Assembly (NCBI GenBank): GCA_034226945.1
Contig: CP120453.1
Location: forward strand, 682,001-746,000
Length of the DNA: 64,000 nucleotides
Direction: 5' to 3'
From: Picochlorum sp. SENEW3
Taxonomy: Eukaryota
The notes below the pieces were generated by a model. The model was not told where the DNA came from. It saw only the letters and a list, made by a program, of their open reading frames with translations, and ran no database searches. Of this stretch, positions 1 through 10,683 are shown in pieces (the stretch's first letter is position 1; each line of letters begins with the position of its first letter). The position numbers were made by a program, and so were the translations under genes.

Positions 1-439
1 TGAGAAGATTGTGATGCATACGATGCTGTATTTGGATGAGATCTGGCTCTCGTCCTCCGCATCCTATATGGATTTCCCTCGTATTCAAAAGCTCGTCTGT
101 GCCCATGTCCAGCGACTCGTTGGAAAACGATGGTTCACCGATCCAGCCATGATCTCTTTTATCACATAGTGGACTGCATTGTAAATATTGGAATTATTAT
201 TCATGATTTAGTAGTACAAGAGAATGGGAGACGATTGCTCAGAAAACGCCACGTCTGAGACGTGCCCTCGAGACCAACCCTTGGAAGAAGAACAAGCGCA
301 GGTGGGTTGTTACATCCATATTCATGACATGGGTTTTCATTATGGGCTATAAGTACATACGGTTTACTCGGTAGTATTGTATTGTATTCAGGAGATGCCA
401 CCCAACAATTTTTGTGGTAGTAGGGAAGGCGCATTCGAC

Positions 440-1882
440 ATGTATGGCTCAAAATTCAGTCGCAAGTTCATGGCGCAGCGGTACGAAAAGATGCTGCAAG
501 CTGATCAATCGGTTCTACTATCTGACTCTTCATACGTGTCAGCTATTCGTCAGTATGATGGGCTTTTGGCTGGACACGATGGTATGTCTCACTTGCTTGA
601 AGCAGAGATTTTGATGAAGCGATGCCGTGCATCGTATCAGTTTGCGTCCATGTTGAAGAATCGACCTGCGTCTATGAGTGAGAGGGAGGCTCTGTTCGCT
701 GAGGATCCAGAGAATATTGCGATGCAAGGGTTGAAGGATGCAGAAAAGGCGAGGGAGTTGTACTCCCTGGCTCTTGGTACAGTGTATGAGTTACAAGGAG
801 ATATTTTAACGTTGCTGAACAATGATAAAGATGCCGAAATTGCATACACATATGCCTCCAAACTAACGCCAGGAGGTGATGATGATGACCAGGACAAGAA
901 CGCATCTCCAGATCAGAGCACAGAGAGCAGAGAAAAAAAGTCAAACAAAACAGAGAGAAAACTGGCCATGGATGATGATTTGGAGTGCCTCGTCTGCATG
1001 AAATTGTTATATGAGCCTGTATCGACGCCATGCGGACATACATTTTGTCGCCCATGTTTTCAAAGAACACTAGATCATACACCATCATGCCCCATGTGTC
1101 GAAGGCAGTTTTATGCTGGATTTGATTTACCAGTCAACACAGTGATGAAAAATGTCTTGGAACGGTCATTCCCTGAAGAATATCAGACACGGCGAGAAGA
1201 AGAGATGCTTTCAGGAACTACAGCAGAAAGGCCAACGGCGCTGCCCTTGTTTGTCATGTCCCCAATGATTCCTGGGGAAGTCATGACTATGAACATCTTT
1301 GAGCCAAGGTATCGACTCATGATTCGTCGCGTCATGGAAGGAAATAAGCGTTTTGGAATGATCATGGCAGATCGACACCATAGACTTGCGTCTGTTGGAA
1401 CCGAAGTCGAAATAACAGAAATTGAAAGAATTCCAGATGGGAGGTATCTCATCGACATCCAAGGTACTCGGCGTTTCAGAGTCAATGAGGACACAGTCAG
1501 TGAAGTTGACGGCTACCGCGTTGCTGTACCCGAGTACTTCAAGGACGATCCAATCAATGAGGAAGATGCGGAGCATGCACAGGCATTGTGCTCTGACGTA
1601 CAAGGCATTGTTGAGAGATGGATGGACAGGCTGTCCCAACTGGCTGCAACAAGACCAGTCACCCAACAATTACTCCGTCATCTCGGACGAGAAACAAGCA
1701 TGTCTGACTTGGAAAAGTACTCTTTTTGGGTGTGTTCAACAGTGATTCCATTCATTCAAGGACACGATGCTAAACAGAAATTGATCTCAACAACATGTAC
1801 AGTAAACAGGTTTGAAATGGCAAGGCAGATGCTTCTTGCCGCCGAGTATCACACCCATGATGAACGTTGCATAATTAGCTAA
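440..1882 (+). CDS. LON peptidase N-terminal domain and RING finger protein (LONRF-like E3 ligase)
   Basis: TPR-like N-terminus, C3HC4 RING (CLVC..CGHTFCRPC..CPMC) and LON substrate-binding domain (LPLFVM..IFEPRYRLMIRRVMEGNKRFGM). ATG at 440 chosen; start uncertain (470 possible). Confidence 0.9.
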   Translation: MYGSKFSRKFMAQRYEKMLQADQSVLLSDSSYVSAIRQYDGLLAGHDGMSHLLEAEILMKRCRASYQFASMLKNRPASMSEREALFAEDPENIAMQGLKDAEKARELYSLALGTVYELQGDILTLLNNDKDAEIAYTYASKLTPGGDDDDQDKNASPDQSTESREKKSNKTERKLAMDDDLECLVCMKLLYEPVSTPCGHTFCRPCFQRTLDHTPSCPMCRRQFYAGFDLPVNTVMKNVLERSFPEEYQTRREEEMLSGTTAERPTALPLFVMSPMIPGEVMTMNIFEPRYRLMIRRVMEGNKRFGMIMADRHHRLASVGTEVEITEIERIPDGRYLIDIQGTRRFRVNEDTVSEVDGYRVAVPEYFKDDPINEEDAEHAQALCSDVQGIVERWMDRLSQLAATRPVTQQLLRHLGRETSMSDLEKYSFWVCSTVIPFIQGHDAKQKLISTTCTVNRFEMARQMLLAAEYHTHDERCIIS

Positions 1883-2099
1883 TATAATTTTATGTACTAT
1901 ATTTCTATAGAAGTAAAGATTCTAGATCCCGGGGATGAGGATGATACGAATACAGCCACGCCATGCCGTTCCTCTTCAGCCAATATTGTGGGTTTGTGCA
2001 GCCCTCTGAGACTGGTTGCAGCGTCAAGGTACAGTCATAGTATCGTTATATTGATATTGAACAGTGTATAACATAGAATATCCTTTGAGACTGGTGTAG

Positions 2100-5000
2100 A
2101 TGTCGCGAATTCGGCGCATTCCTTTCGAGAGGCTTGTCAAGGGGAATTTCTCAGCGTATGGATTCTTTCAGGGGAGTTTTGGTAGGGCAATATCGACTAG
2201 TGTATATGCTTTAGATGGGTCGAAAGTTATGTTGGTGGAATCTCCTGCCAAGGCGAAGAAAATTCAAGAGTTTCTTGGGGACAGGTACAAGGTGCTTGCG
2301 AGTTATGGTCATGTGAGAGACTTGCCTCCCAAAGCTGGGAGTGTCTTGCCGGAGAAGGATTTTCACATGCGATGGGAGACTCTTCAAAGTGCTGTGAAGC
2401 ATATAGAAGGGCTGGAAAAGGCGTTAGAAGAGGGGTCTGTGGAGGAGTTGTACATGGCAACAGATCCAGATCGGGAAGGTGAGGCAATATCCTGGCATGT
2501 ATTGCAGGAATTAGGTCGGCGAGGGACGTTGCAAGAACGTTTGAATGTTCGGAGAGTATCGTTTACTGAGATTACGAAGAAGGCTATAGAGCATGCAATC
2601 GAAGAGCCAAGAGATATTGATGAGAATCTCGTTCATGCATACCTTGCCAGGAGGGCGTTGGATTACTTGCTTGGATTTCATCTGTCGCCAATCCTGTGGA
2701 GAAAGTTGCCTGGGGCGACGTCAGCAGGGAGAGTGCAGTCTGTAGCATTGAGAATGATCTGTGAACGGGAAAAGGAGATTGAAAATTTTCGGGAGAGTCA
2801 TTACTGGACATTGCATGGCACAGTCGTGCTCCCTGATGGAGGCAGTATTCATGCTGATCTTCTGACGGTGGACGGCAGTCGGGTGCCTGATCCTGGATAT
2901 TCTAGTAGAGAGGATGCAGAATGTATTCTTAAAAGAATACAAGACTCTGATTTTACGGTGACGTCGGTGTCAGAGCGAGAAACGACAAGACAGCCTCGTG
3001 CTCCATTTTCTACAAGCTCTCTGCAGCAGGAGGCGAACAGTGTTCTCGGATACAGCGCGAGTAAGACGATGCAATTAGCACAAGAGCTGTATGAAGGAGG
3101 AATGATATCATATATGAGAACAGATAGTGTGGTGCTCTCTGATGAGGCTATCCAGAGACTACGAGATGTGATTGCGAGTCAGTATGGCCGGAGTGTTGTA
3201 CCATCCTCTCCGAGACAGTTTCATAGGAAAAAGTCTGCGCATTCTCAGGAAGCACATGAAGCTATTCGGCCAACAGATCCAAAAATAAATCTACAAAAGC
3301 TATCACAGCAGGGGTATTCGGGTCAAGCGATAAAGCTGTACGAGCTGATTAGAAACAGGACTCTTGCCAGTCAGGCAGAGAAGGCGAGAATTGCCACGGT
3401 TCAAGTCATTTTCTCGAGCGCCGCGGGAGATATAGAATTGAAAGCGACAGGGTCAAAAACTGCGTCTCCAGGATATCTGCGCATCGTGGGTGAGCAGGAG
3501 GATGATGAGAAGAAGGCTAGAGAAGTGCAGTATGACAGTCTCATACAGCTTGCTGAGGCATCTCCTGTGGCATTGACTTCGGCGATCAGCCAAGAGCATA
3601 CAACAAAGCCCCCTCCACGGTATTCAGAGGGATCTCTAGTTAAAGCAATGGAAGAATACGGCATTGGACGGCCATCAACATATGCTCCCACCATGAAACT
3701 ACTGTATGCTCGAGGATACATCACATCTCACCGAAAAAGGCTTCACGCCGAGCCCATTGGTAGAATCCTGACATCATTTTTGAAACAATTCGCACCCGAA
3801 TATGTAGATTATTCGTTTACATCGAAGATAGAAACAGACTTTGACGAAATTTGCCAAGGGGAACAGGACTGGCTGCAGGTGATGGGGCAGTTCTGGGAGC
3901 ATTTTGCAAAAACGACAGAGAGTCTATCACATCTCAGTGGCACTGATATACTCAATTCAATAAATAACGATCTCGAGGAGTTTATATTTCGACAGAAATC
4001 TGATGCCGTAACTGGTGAGATTGAGGGGGGAACAGAATGCCCAAAATGCAAGCATCCTCTGAGCTTGAAGCTCTCTCATAAAGGTGGCCCATTCATAGGA
4101 TGCTCACAGTACCCAGATTGTAAGTATACACGCTCCTTGCCGACGCATGACGATGAGACGCCATCAGCCCCGCTTGATATGGGAAGTACATTTACAAGTC
4201 TCAATCTGGCAGAAAAATATGGCATGCGTGGACCAGTCAGACTGCTGGGGACTCATCCCGATACAGATGCTGAAATCTTCGTCAGGCAGGGACCATACGG
4301 TCCATATATACAAATGGGTCTAGAAAATGACCCCAGTATGAGGAGAGTACCATTGCCGAAAGATGCAAAGCCAAAGTCATGTACCTTGAAGTATGCACTG
4401 TCCATGTTGGCATTGCCAAAGACGCTTGGCAATCACCCACAGACACAATTGCCTGTTGAAGTGCGGAATGGAAAGTTTGGACCATTCATTATCCACGACG
4501 GAAATATGAGATCCATCCCAAAGGAAATCGATCCATTAGAAATGAGCTTGGATGAAGGAATTGAGTTATTGCGACTGGCCTCTGAGAATAAGAAATTTGC
4601 CAAGAAGAACACTCGCAAAGCTTCAACAATGTCAAGACCAAGAACACCCAAGACTTCTTCCAGCAGAAGCAGCGATAGCACTATCCAGGTTCCTCGAGCG
4701 CGTTCTGCTTACCAATTTTTTCTCAAAGGTATGTCTAGTTTCTGTCTTGCACCAAGACCCGTTCATCTTGCATCTCACAGTGGAATATATACATCATGCA
4801 GAGTATCTGGCCAGGTACCAGATGAAGAACGGCAAGGAAAAGATGAAAATCATGGGAGACACTTGGAAATCCCTTGATGAAAAGGAAAAAGCCGTCTTTG
4901 CGAATCTTGCAGCAGACGATGTCATACGACATAAAGTCCAGCAAGCAGGCCTTTTGGACCCAACAATAGAGGCGTGGGAATCACTGGACCATGCATCCAG

Positions 5001-5382
5001 AAGCTCCCTCAAGGACAAACTTCTCAGCACTAGCACATTGGAAAATCACCCATCAGCAGGTATGTTTATTTTGTAAGTGTCTTACCCATCACATATATGA
5101 CCGTGCATGAATATCCATCGTCATACAGGAGACTCTCTTCAGAAGCCAAAATCTGCCTACACACTCTTCATGCAAAGCGTCTCTGACAGCATGAAGCATG
5201 AGACTGATTCGCCCCATAAGGGATCCTTCATGACACTAGTTGCAAAGAAATGGAGAGAATTGAGTGATACAGAACGTATGGTGTATATCGATATGGCTCA
5301 TAAACAAAAGGAAGAGTACGACAAGCACCAGGCTATGTTGGATCACCTGACTCTTCCTGATCAAGGGCAGCAGCAGCATTAA
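2100..5382 (+). CDS. topA: Organellar type IA DNA topoisomerase (bacterial TopA-like) with two C-terminal HMG boxes; exons 2100-4728, 4802-5059, 5129-5382 (about 1046 aa)
   Basis: TOPRIM (LVESPAKAKKI, ATDPDREGEAI), SAGRVQS, catalytic Tyr in ISYMRTDS, GIGRPSTYA, C4 zinc ribbon (CPKC..GCSQYPDC) and TopA C-terminal repeats (GPYGPYI, GKFGPFI). GT-AG introns 4729-4801 and 5060-5128 are both phase 1 and join HMG-box-like segments in frame. Confidence 0.9.
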
Positions 5383-5770
5383 TCATGTATGCTAGCACAT
5401 TGCCATATGATGGCAATGGATTTGTTGTAATAAATAAATATAGAGACCACATCATCCGATGAGATCTTTCTGTGTGAATACGCAATGGTTGACTGCAAAC
5501 ATGGGATCAGAGTGCCACGTGGAACTCCAAAACCTGTGGACAAAGGAATTCGGGAATCAAACATGAAGAGGCATATCAACGAGGATATTATGCTCCATAG
5601 AGGATAAATTAAATGTCTAGTACGATAACATGTACTATTTTGTTAGAGGGAATGTTGATTCCATGGGAAATTCGGTAACAACGTTGGACTGGGAAATTTG
5701 AAATTTCTCGACGGTCGTAATCTGTATTGATTTCGGGTAGGATCCGCCGTTGGATCGATACGTTTCATTC

Positions 5771-7642
5771 ATGTATGAAAATAAATCCAAAATCCATCCG
5801 CTTCCGTGCGGTCGATCTGTAGAGGAGATTGCATCGTGGTTGTACAGAGAGGTCAAACAGGAAAAGTCAAAGGTTGCCCTTTTAGGTTCACTGGATCGCA
5901 TGACAGGGCTGTCTATCCCACGTGAGATCAAAGAAAGGATCATATTCGAATCTGATTTGGATGATATAGATTGGAAACGACCTATGGATCCTTGTGAGGT
6001 TGAAGAATGCCTCAAGGCAACACGACAGATTGTGAAAGGGATACTCACGCCAGAGGAGTATGCGGACGAGTTTTCTAATCCAGATGTAGAGGGTATAGAC
6101 TCCTTTATTGACTTATTTCTCTATGAAGGGGTGATTGTTCACTTATACGATCGTCTCTACGATGATTTTCAATGTTGTGCCATTATAGGCTGCCTGGAAA
6201 GCGATTTTTCTCAAGACCTGGGGCATTTCTTTGATTATGAGGAGTTTGAAAGAGAAGATAATTGGAGAATGGAACCTGAGTTTGATCCATGCATATTAGG
6301 TCGCATGTCACATGGTATTTTTTGGGGGATACTTGTTCGATTAGGCTATGGTACAGATGTCAATCTTGATTCAATAGCGGGTTTGACAAAATGGGGGTTT
6401 TTGAATGGGTTCACATCCTTTCTCTTTGAATCCTGGATACCCGAGATGCTTCTCTCAGCCATTCAGGAGAGAGAAGACAATTACCAGCGTTTGAAAAAGG
6501 CGCTTGAAGATATGTATGGGGCAGATGTCGTTGTTCCTGACTTGGAAAGTATTCTCAGGAACAAACAGGAGTGGTCCTTGTCTTACGAGTATGTTGTAGG
6601 GGAATTGAGACTTCAAGATTTGGTGGATATTAAGAGAGATTTTGGTGCCAACTTTGAAAAGGGTACGCTTGCTAGGAGACTGTTGGATTTCAGTCGGCTC
6701 CTGGAATGCAGCCTCCCGCCCAATTCAAAGATTCTGGAAATGCTGACTGATCCTGCCTGGCTGGCAAAGTTCCCTTCTGTTCAGTCATATCTGGAGACTG
6801 AAGACATTGATCGGTTAAGAGAGGGCTTGATTCGAGGCGTGCACAAATGTATATCAATGGGCATTTCAGAGGTAGATTTGTCGTATACGACGCATCCCAA
6901 GGTGTCAGCATTGTTTGACATGTCCTCTCAGCGAGGGAGACGCAGGAGAAATTATGTCAGAAATCTTGTGGCTATAATATTCAAACGAGTATCCAATCCT
7001 TTGGGAAATAAAAAGCGATGCCGCTCGGATGACGTGGCACTGATCACACTCAAATGCAAAAGAAACGCACATGGAGTCAAGATTTACTATTGCCCAGAGT
7101 GCAGATATTCATCTGGTGGACCAAAAATGGTAAGCCACATCATCAAGCATCACCCGTCACTTGTAGGGGAATTGAGACTTCTAGATTTGGTGGATATTAA
7201 GAGATGTTTTGGTGCCAACTTTGAAAAGGGTACGTATGAAATGAATATGTTGGATTTTCAGTCGGCGTTCCTCCTGGAATGCAGCCTCCTGCCCAATTCA
7301 AAGATTCTGGAAATGCTGACTGATCCTGCCTGGCTGGCAAAGTTCCCTTCTGTTCAGTCATATCTGGAGACTGAAGTTCCCTTCTGTTCAGTCATATCTG
7401 AAGACATTCATCAGCTAAGACAGTGTCTGGTCCGTGGCGTCCACAAATGTATATCAATGGGCATTTCCGAGGTAGACTTGTCGTATACAATGCACCCCCA
7501 CGTGTCAGCATTGTTTGACATGTCCTCTCAGCAAGGGAGACGCAGGAGAAATTATGTCAGAAATCTTGTGGCTATAATATTCAAACGAGTATCCAATCCT
7601 TTGGGAAAGAATAAACGATGCCGCTTGGAGAACGGCTCCTAA
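5771..7642 (+). CDS. Hypothetical protein, orphan family copy 1, with internally duplicated C-terminal module and C2H2-like motif
   Basis: Long intronless ORF from ATG 5771, with a paralog at 8095-9599. The module VGELRL..SNPLG occurs twice. No family recognised. Confidence 0.7.
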   Translation: MYENKSKIHPLPCGRSVEEIASWLYREVKQEKSKVALLGSLDRMTGLSIPREIKERIIFESDLDDIDWKRPMDPCEVEECLKATRQIVKGILTPEEYADEFSNPDVEGIDSFIDLFLYEGVIVHLYDRLYDDFQCCAIIGCLESDFSQDLGHFFDYEEFEREDNWRMEPEFDPCILGRMSHGIFWGILVRLGYGTDVNLDSIAGLTKWGFLNGFTSFLFESWIPEMLLSAIQEREDNYQRLKKALEDMYGADVVVPDLESILRNKQEWSLSYEYVVGELRLQDLVDIKRDFGANFEKGTLARRLLDFSRLLECSLPPNSKILEMLTDPAWLAKFPSVQSYLETEDIDRLREGLIRGVHKCISMGISEVDLSYTTHPKVSALFDMSSQRGRRRRNYVRNLVAIIFKRVSNPLGNKKRCRSDDVALITLKCKRNAHGVKIYYCPECRYSSGGPKMVSHIIKHHPSLVGELRLLDLVDIKRCFGANFEKGTYEMNMLDFQSAFLLECSLLPNSKILEMLTDPAWLAKFPSVQSYLETEVPFCSVISEDIHQLRQCLVRGVHKCISMGISEVDLSYTMHPHVSALFDMSSQQGRRRRNYVRNLVAIIFKRVSNPLGKNKRCRLENGS

Positions 7643-7750
7643 TATTGATCCCACTCAAAAGAAACATGCATGGAGAAATATGCATGGAGATGTATGCAGT
7701 TTTGCCCCACGTGCAGATTCCTCTGGTGGACCAAAAGTGATGCATCACCC
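6594..7750 (+). repeat. Tandem direct repeat, unit 1 6594-7160 (567 bp) and unit 2 7161-about 7750
   Basis: Both units begin ttgtaggggaattgagactt and share long near-identical blocks (e.g. aattcaaagattctggaaatgctgactgatcctgcctggctggcaaagttcccttctgttcagtcatatctggagactgaag). Homology continues in degraded form past the stop at 7642. Confidence 0.95.
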
Positions 7751-8094
7751 ACAATTGTGAGCAATTCAACCACATAATAAGAAGTTAGCCTCATGAATTC
7801 CTTGTAATAGCCCGAGATCTTTATGTAGAGATTCGTCACCGGAAGCTTGCCATCAGAAGATGTGGACAAAGGAATTCGGGGATGATGCGTCTCGTTCTCT
7901 TTCTACCAAATTCCGCGCAACACCCGGTAGACTTGAATATAATTAATATAGTTTTCAAGAAAATATGCGATTTCTGTAGGTCGTGAGTCGCATGAGAAAC
8001 ACGTTGGTTCGCTGAAACTACAATTTCGTACATTCGAAACCGAAAACTCTGTCGATTTCAGCCAAGCTTCTGTAGCTCGACAATTCTGATAGTC

Positions 8095-9599
8095 ATGTAT
8101 GAAAAAAAATCCAAAATCCATCCGCTTCCGTGCGGTCGATCTGTAGAGGAGATTGCATCGTGGTTGTACAGAAAGGTCAAACAGGAAAAGTCAAAGGTTG
8201 CCCTTTTAGCTTCACTGGATCGCATGACAGGGCGTCAATCCCCCGTCAGATCAAAGAAAGGATCATATCAGAATCTTTTTCGGATCGTCCACTTTGGAAA
8301 TGTATGTCCCAATCTGAGGTTCAAGTAAGCCTCAACGCAACACGAGAGATTGTGAAAGGGACACTCATGCAAGAGGAATATGAGCGTATGAATGAGTCTG
8401 GCCGAGGTTTAGAGGTTGTGAAATCGATTAAAGATCTGTTTGAGTCTTATGAGAACCAATGGATTATTCTGCTGTACAATCGTGTCTACAAATCTTTCCA
8501 TCATGGTGCCGTTATAGGCTGCTTTTATATGGTTTGTTTTCAAGGCAGGAATTTCGATCGTTATGAGGAGTATGCTCGATTGTTCCACCCGCATTTGTTT
8601 AGAAGGCTCCAAAGTATGACTTCTCATGACAATGGAAGCAGAGACATTTATGATCAGCTCGAACGCTTGTATGAAACAGATGTTTGGGGAATGATGGATG
8701 GCAATCCTGAGTTCGGTCATTTCGCGTGCGGTATCTTCAGGGGTACACTTGCTCGATTAGGCTATGGTACACATGTCAATCTTGATTCAATAGCGGGGTT
8801 GACAAAATGGCAGTTTATGCATGGGTTCACATCCTTTCTCTTTGAATCCTGGATACCCGAGATGCTTCTCTCAGCTATTCAGGAGAGAGAAGACAATTAC
8901 CAGCGTTTGAAAAAGGCGCTTGAAGATATGTATGGGGCAGATGTCGTTGTGCCTGACTTGGAAAGTATTCTCAGGAACAAACAGGAGTGGCCCTTGTCTT
9001 ACGGGTGTGTTGTAAGGACCTTGAGGCTTGGGGATTTTGTGAAAGTTAGGAGACATTGCGGTTCCAACTTTGAAGGTACGCTCGGTACAAGGTTCTTGGA
9101 TTTTCAGTCGGGGTTCGACCACGAAGATACCGTCCAAGAACGTATCGATCACTTTAGACGTTCCGGTTGCAAGTTTGAAAAGGGTACGTATGAAAGGAAA
9201 TTGTTGGATTCTCCGTCTTCGTTCTCGTTTAGGTGCAAACTCCCGCCCAAGTCAAAGATTCTGGAAATGCTGACTGATCCTGCCTGGCTGGCAAAGTTCC
9301 CTTCTGTTCAGTCATATCTGAAGACTGACGACATTGATCGGTTAAGAGAGGGCTTGATTCGAGGCGTCCACAAATGTCTATCAATGGGGATTGGCGAGGT
9401 AGATTTGTCGTATACAACGCATCCCCAGGTGTCAGCATTGTTTGACATGTCCTCTCAGCAAGGGAGACGCAGGAGAAATTATGTCAGAAATCTTGTGGCT
9501 ATAATATTCGAAGGAGTATCCAATCGCTTGGGAAATAAAAAGCGAGTATCCAATCGCTTGAGAAATAAAAGATTACGCCTCTTAGAGAATGGCGAATGA
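8095..9599 (+). pseudogene. Orphan family copy 2, frameshifted by a 1-nt deletion near 8234 (pseudogene or assembly error)
   Basis: The N-terminus MYEKKSKIHPLPCGRS is almost identical to copy 1 but lies in frame 8095, while the rest is in frame 8130. Copy 1 acagggcTgtctatc versus copy 2 acagggc-gtcaatc. Confidence 0.7.
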
Positions 9600-9839
9600 G
9601 AATGCCTTCATGTCCAAATTTTTATTCGAGCTGTGTGTGTTCTTCCACACACACTCTGTGCCTTGCATGCATGCCCTTCTCCTTCAGCATCAAGCCTCTT
9701 GAAGAAGCATGAAAGAAGCACGCCAATGCATTCATCAGTATAGCGCTATATTTTTTAAATAATTTCCACCAGGTATATCGAAGTGTACCTTATTATCCTA
9801 CTACTCAAAGAAAAAGAAGAAGGAGAACATTGCAAGAGC

Positions 9840-10656
9840 ATGGTCGACAAGGCCATAAAGCCTTCCCAAGTACGAAAGGCTATAGATGCCCTTCTAACAT
9901 TCATAGGAAAACAAAATGATGCTAGCACAAACCTCTTAGAAGAAGAAGACTTTATATACCTGGTGCGTCGCATGTCACGAATTGCATGCCAACGTTTGAT
10001 AGAATTCCTCACTCTATATACCTATTCGTTCATTTTCAATACAGGTAATTGCACTGAAAAAGGTACCAGAGACGCGAAGGAAGGACAAACCCATCCCCCT
10101 CCCTCTCCCCAATCCCATCTACAATGTCCAAGACACAGAAATCTGTCTCTTTGTCAAAGATCACAAGGGGGAAGGTCATGCAGAATCCAAATCCAAGGTG
10201 AAAGCAGAGAAGATTCCAGGGATTGCCAAGGTACTGGGGGTTTCCAAACTCAAATCAAAATATGAAAGCCATGAGAAGAAGAGACAGCTCTGCAACAGTT
10301 ATGATCTCTTCCTGGCCGACGACAGAATCCTCCCATCCCTCCCCAAGCTCATCGGGAAGACGTTTTTCAAGAAGAAGAAACAGCCCATCCCAGTGAAGTT
10401 ATCCGGAAAGGATTGGGCCAAAGAAGTCAGAAAGGCATGCAATTGCACATTTATGCACCTTACTGGGTCCAGTATGACCATCAGAGTCGCCAAAGCATCT
10501 CAGACACCAGATGAGTGTGTTGAGAATGTTGTAGATGTTATTACTAAGGCATCAGGGAAGATCCCTGGATCATTCAAAGAGATTAAAAGTCTCTATTTAA
10601 AGAGTGTTGATTCCGTTGCCTTGCCAATTTATCAATCAGATGCTTCTTCTTCTTGA
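9840..10656 (+). CDS. RSL1D1: Ribosomal L1 domain-containing protein (RSL1D1/Utp30/Cic1-like); intron 9963-10044
   Basis: QVRKAIDALL, ICLFVKD, KRQLCNSYDLFLADDRILPSLPKLIGKTFFKKKKQPIPV, LYLKSVDSVALPIY. A phase-0 GT-AG intron joins the two ORFs. Confidence 0.9.
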
Positions 10657-10683
10657 TGATGTATTATTTAATATCTATATACG

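Noticed and set aside
1..200. Possible minus-strand coding fragment at the window edge
   Set aside because: One open frame but no recognisable motif or clear start; too short to support.
5500..9700. Orphan repeat region as a classical transposon or CRISPR-like array
   Set aside because: No transposase, RT or integrase motifs, no terminal inverted repeats or TSD seen, and no regularly spaced short repeats.
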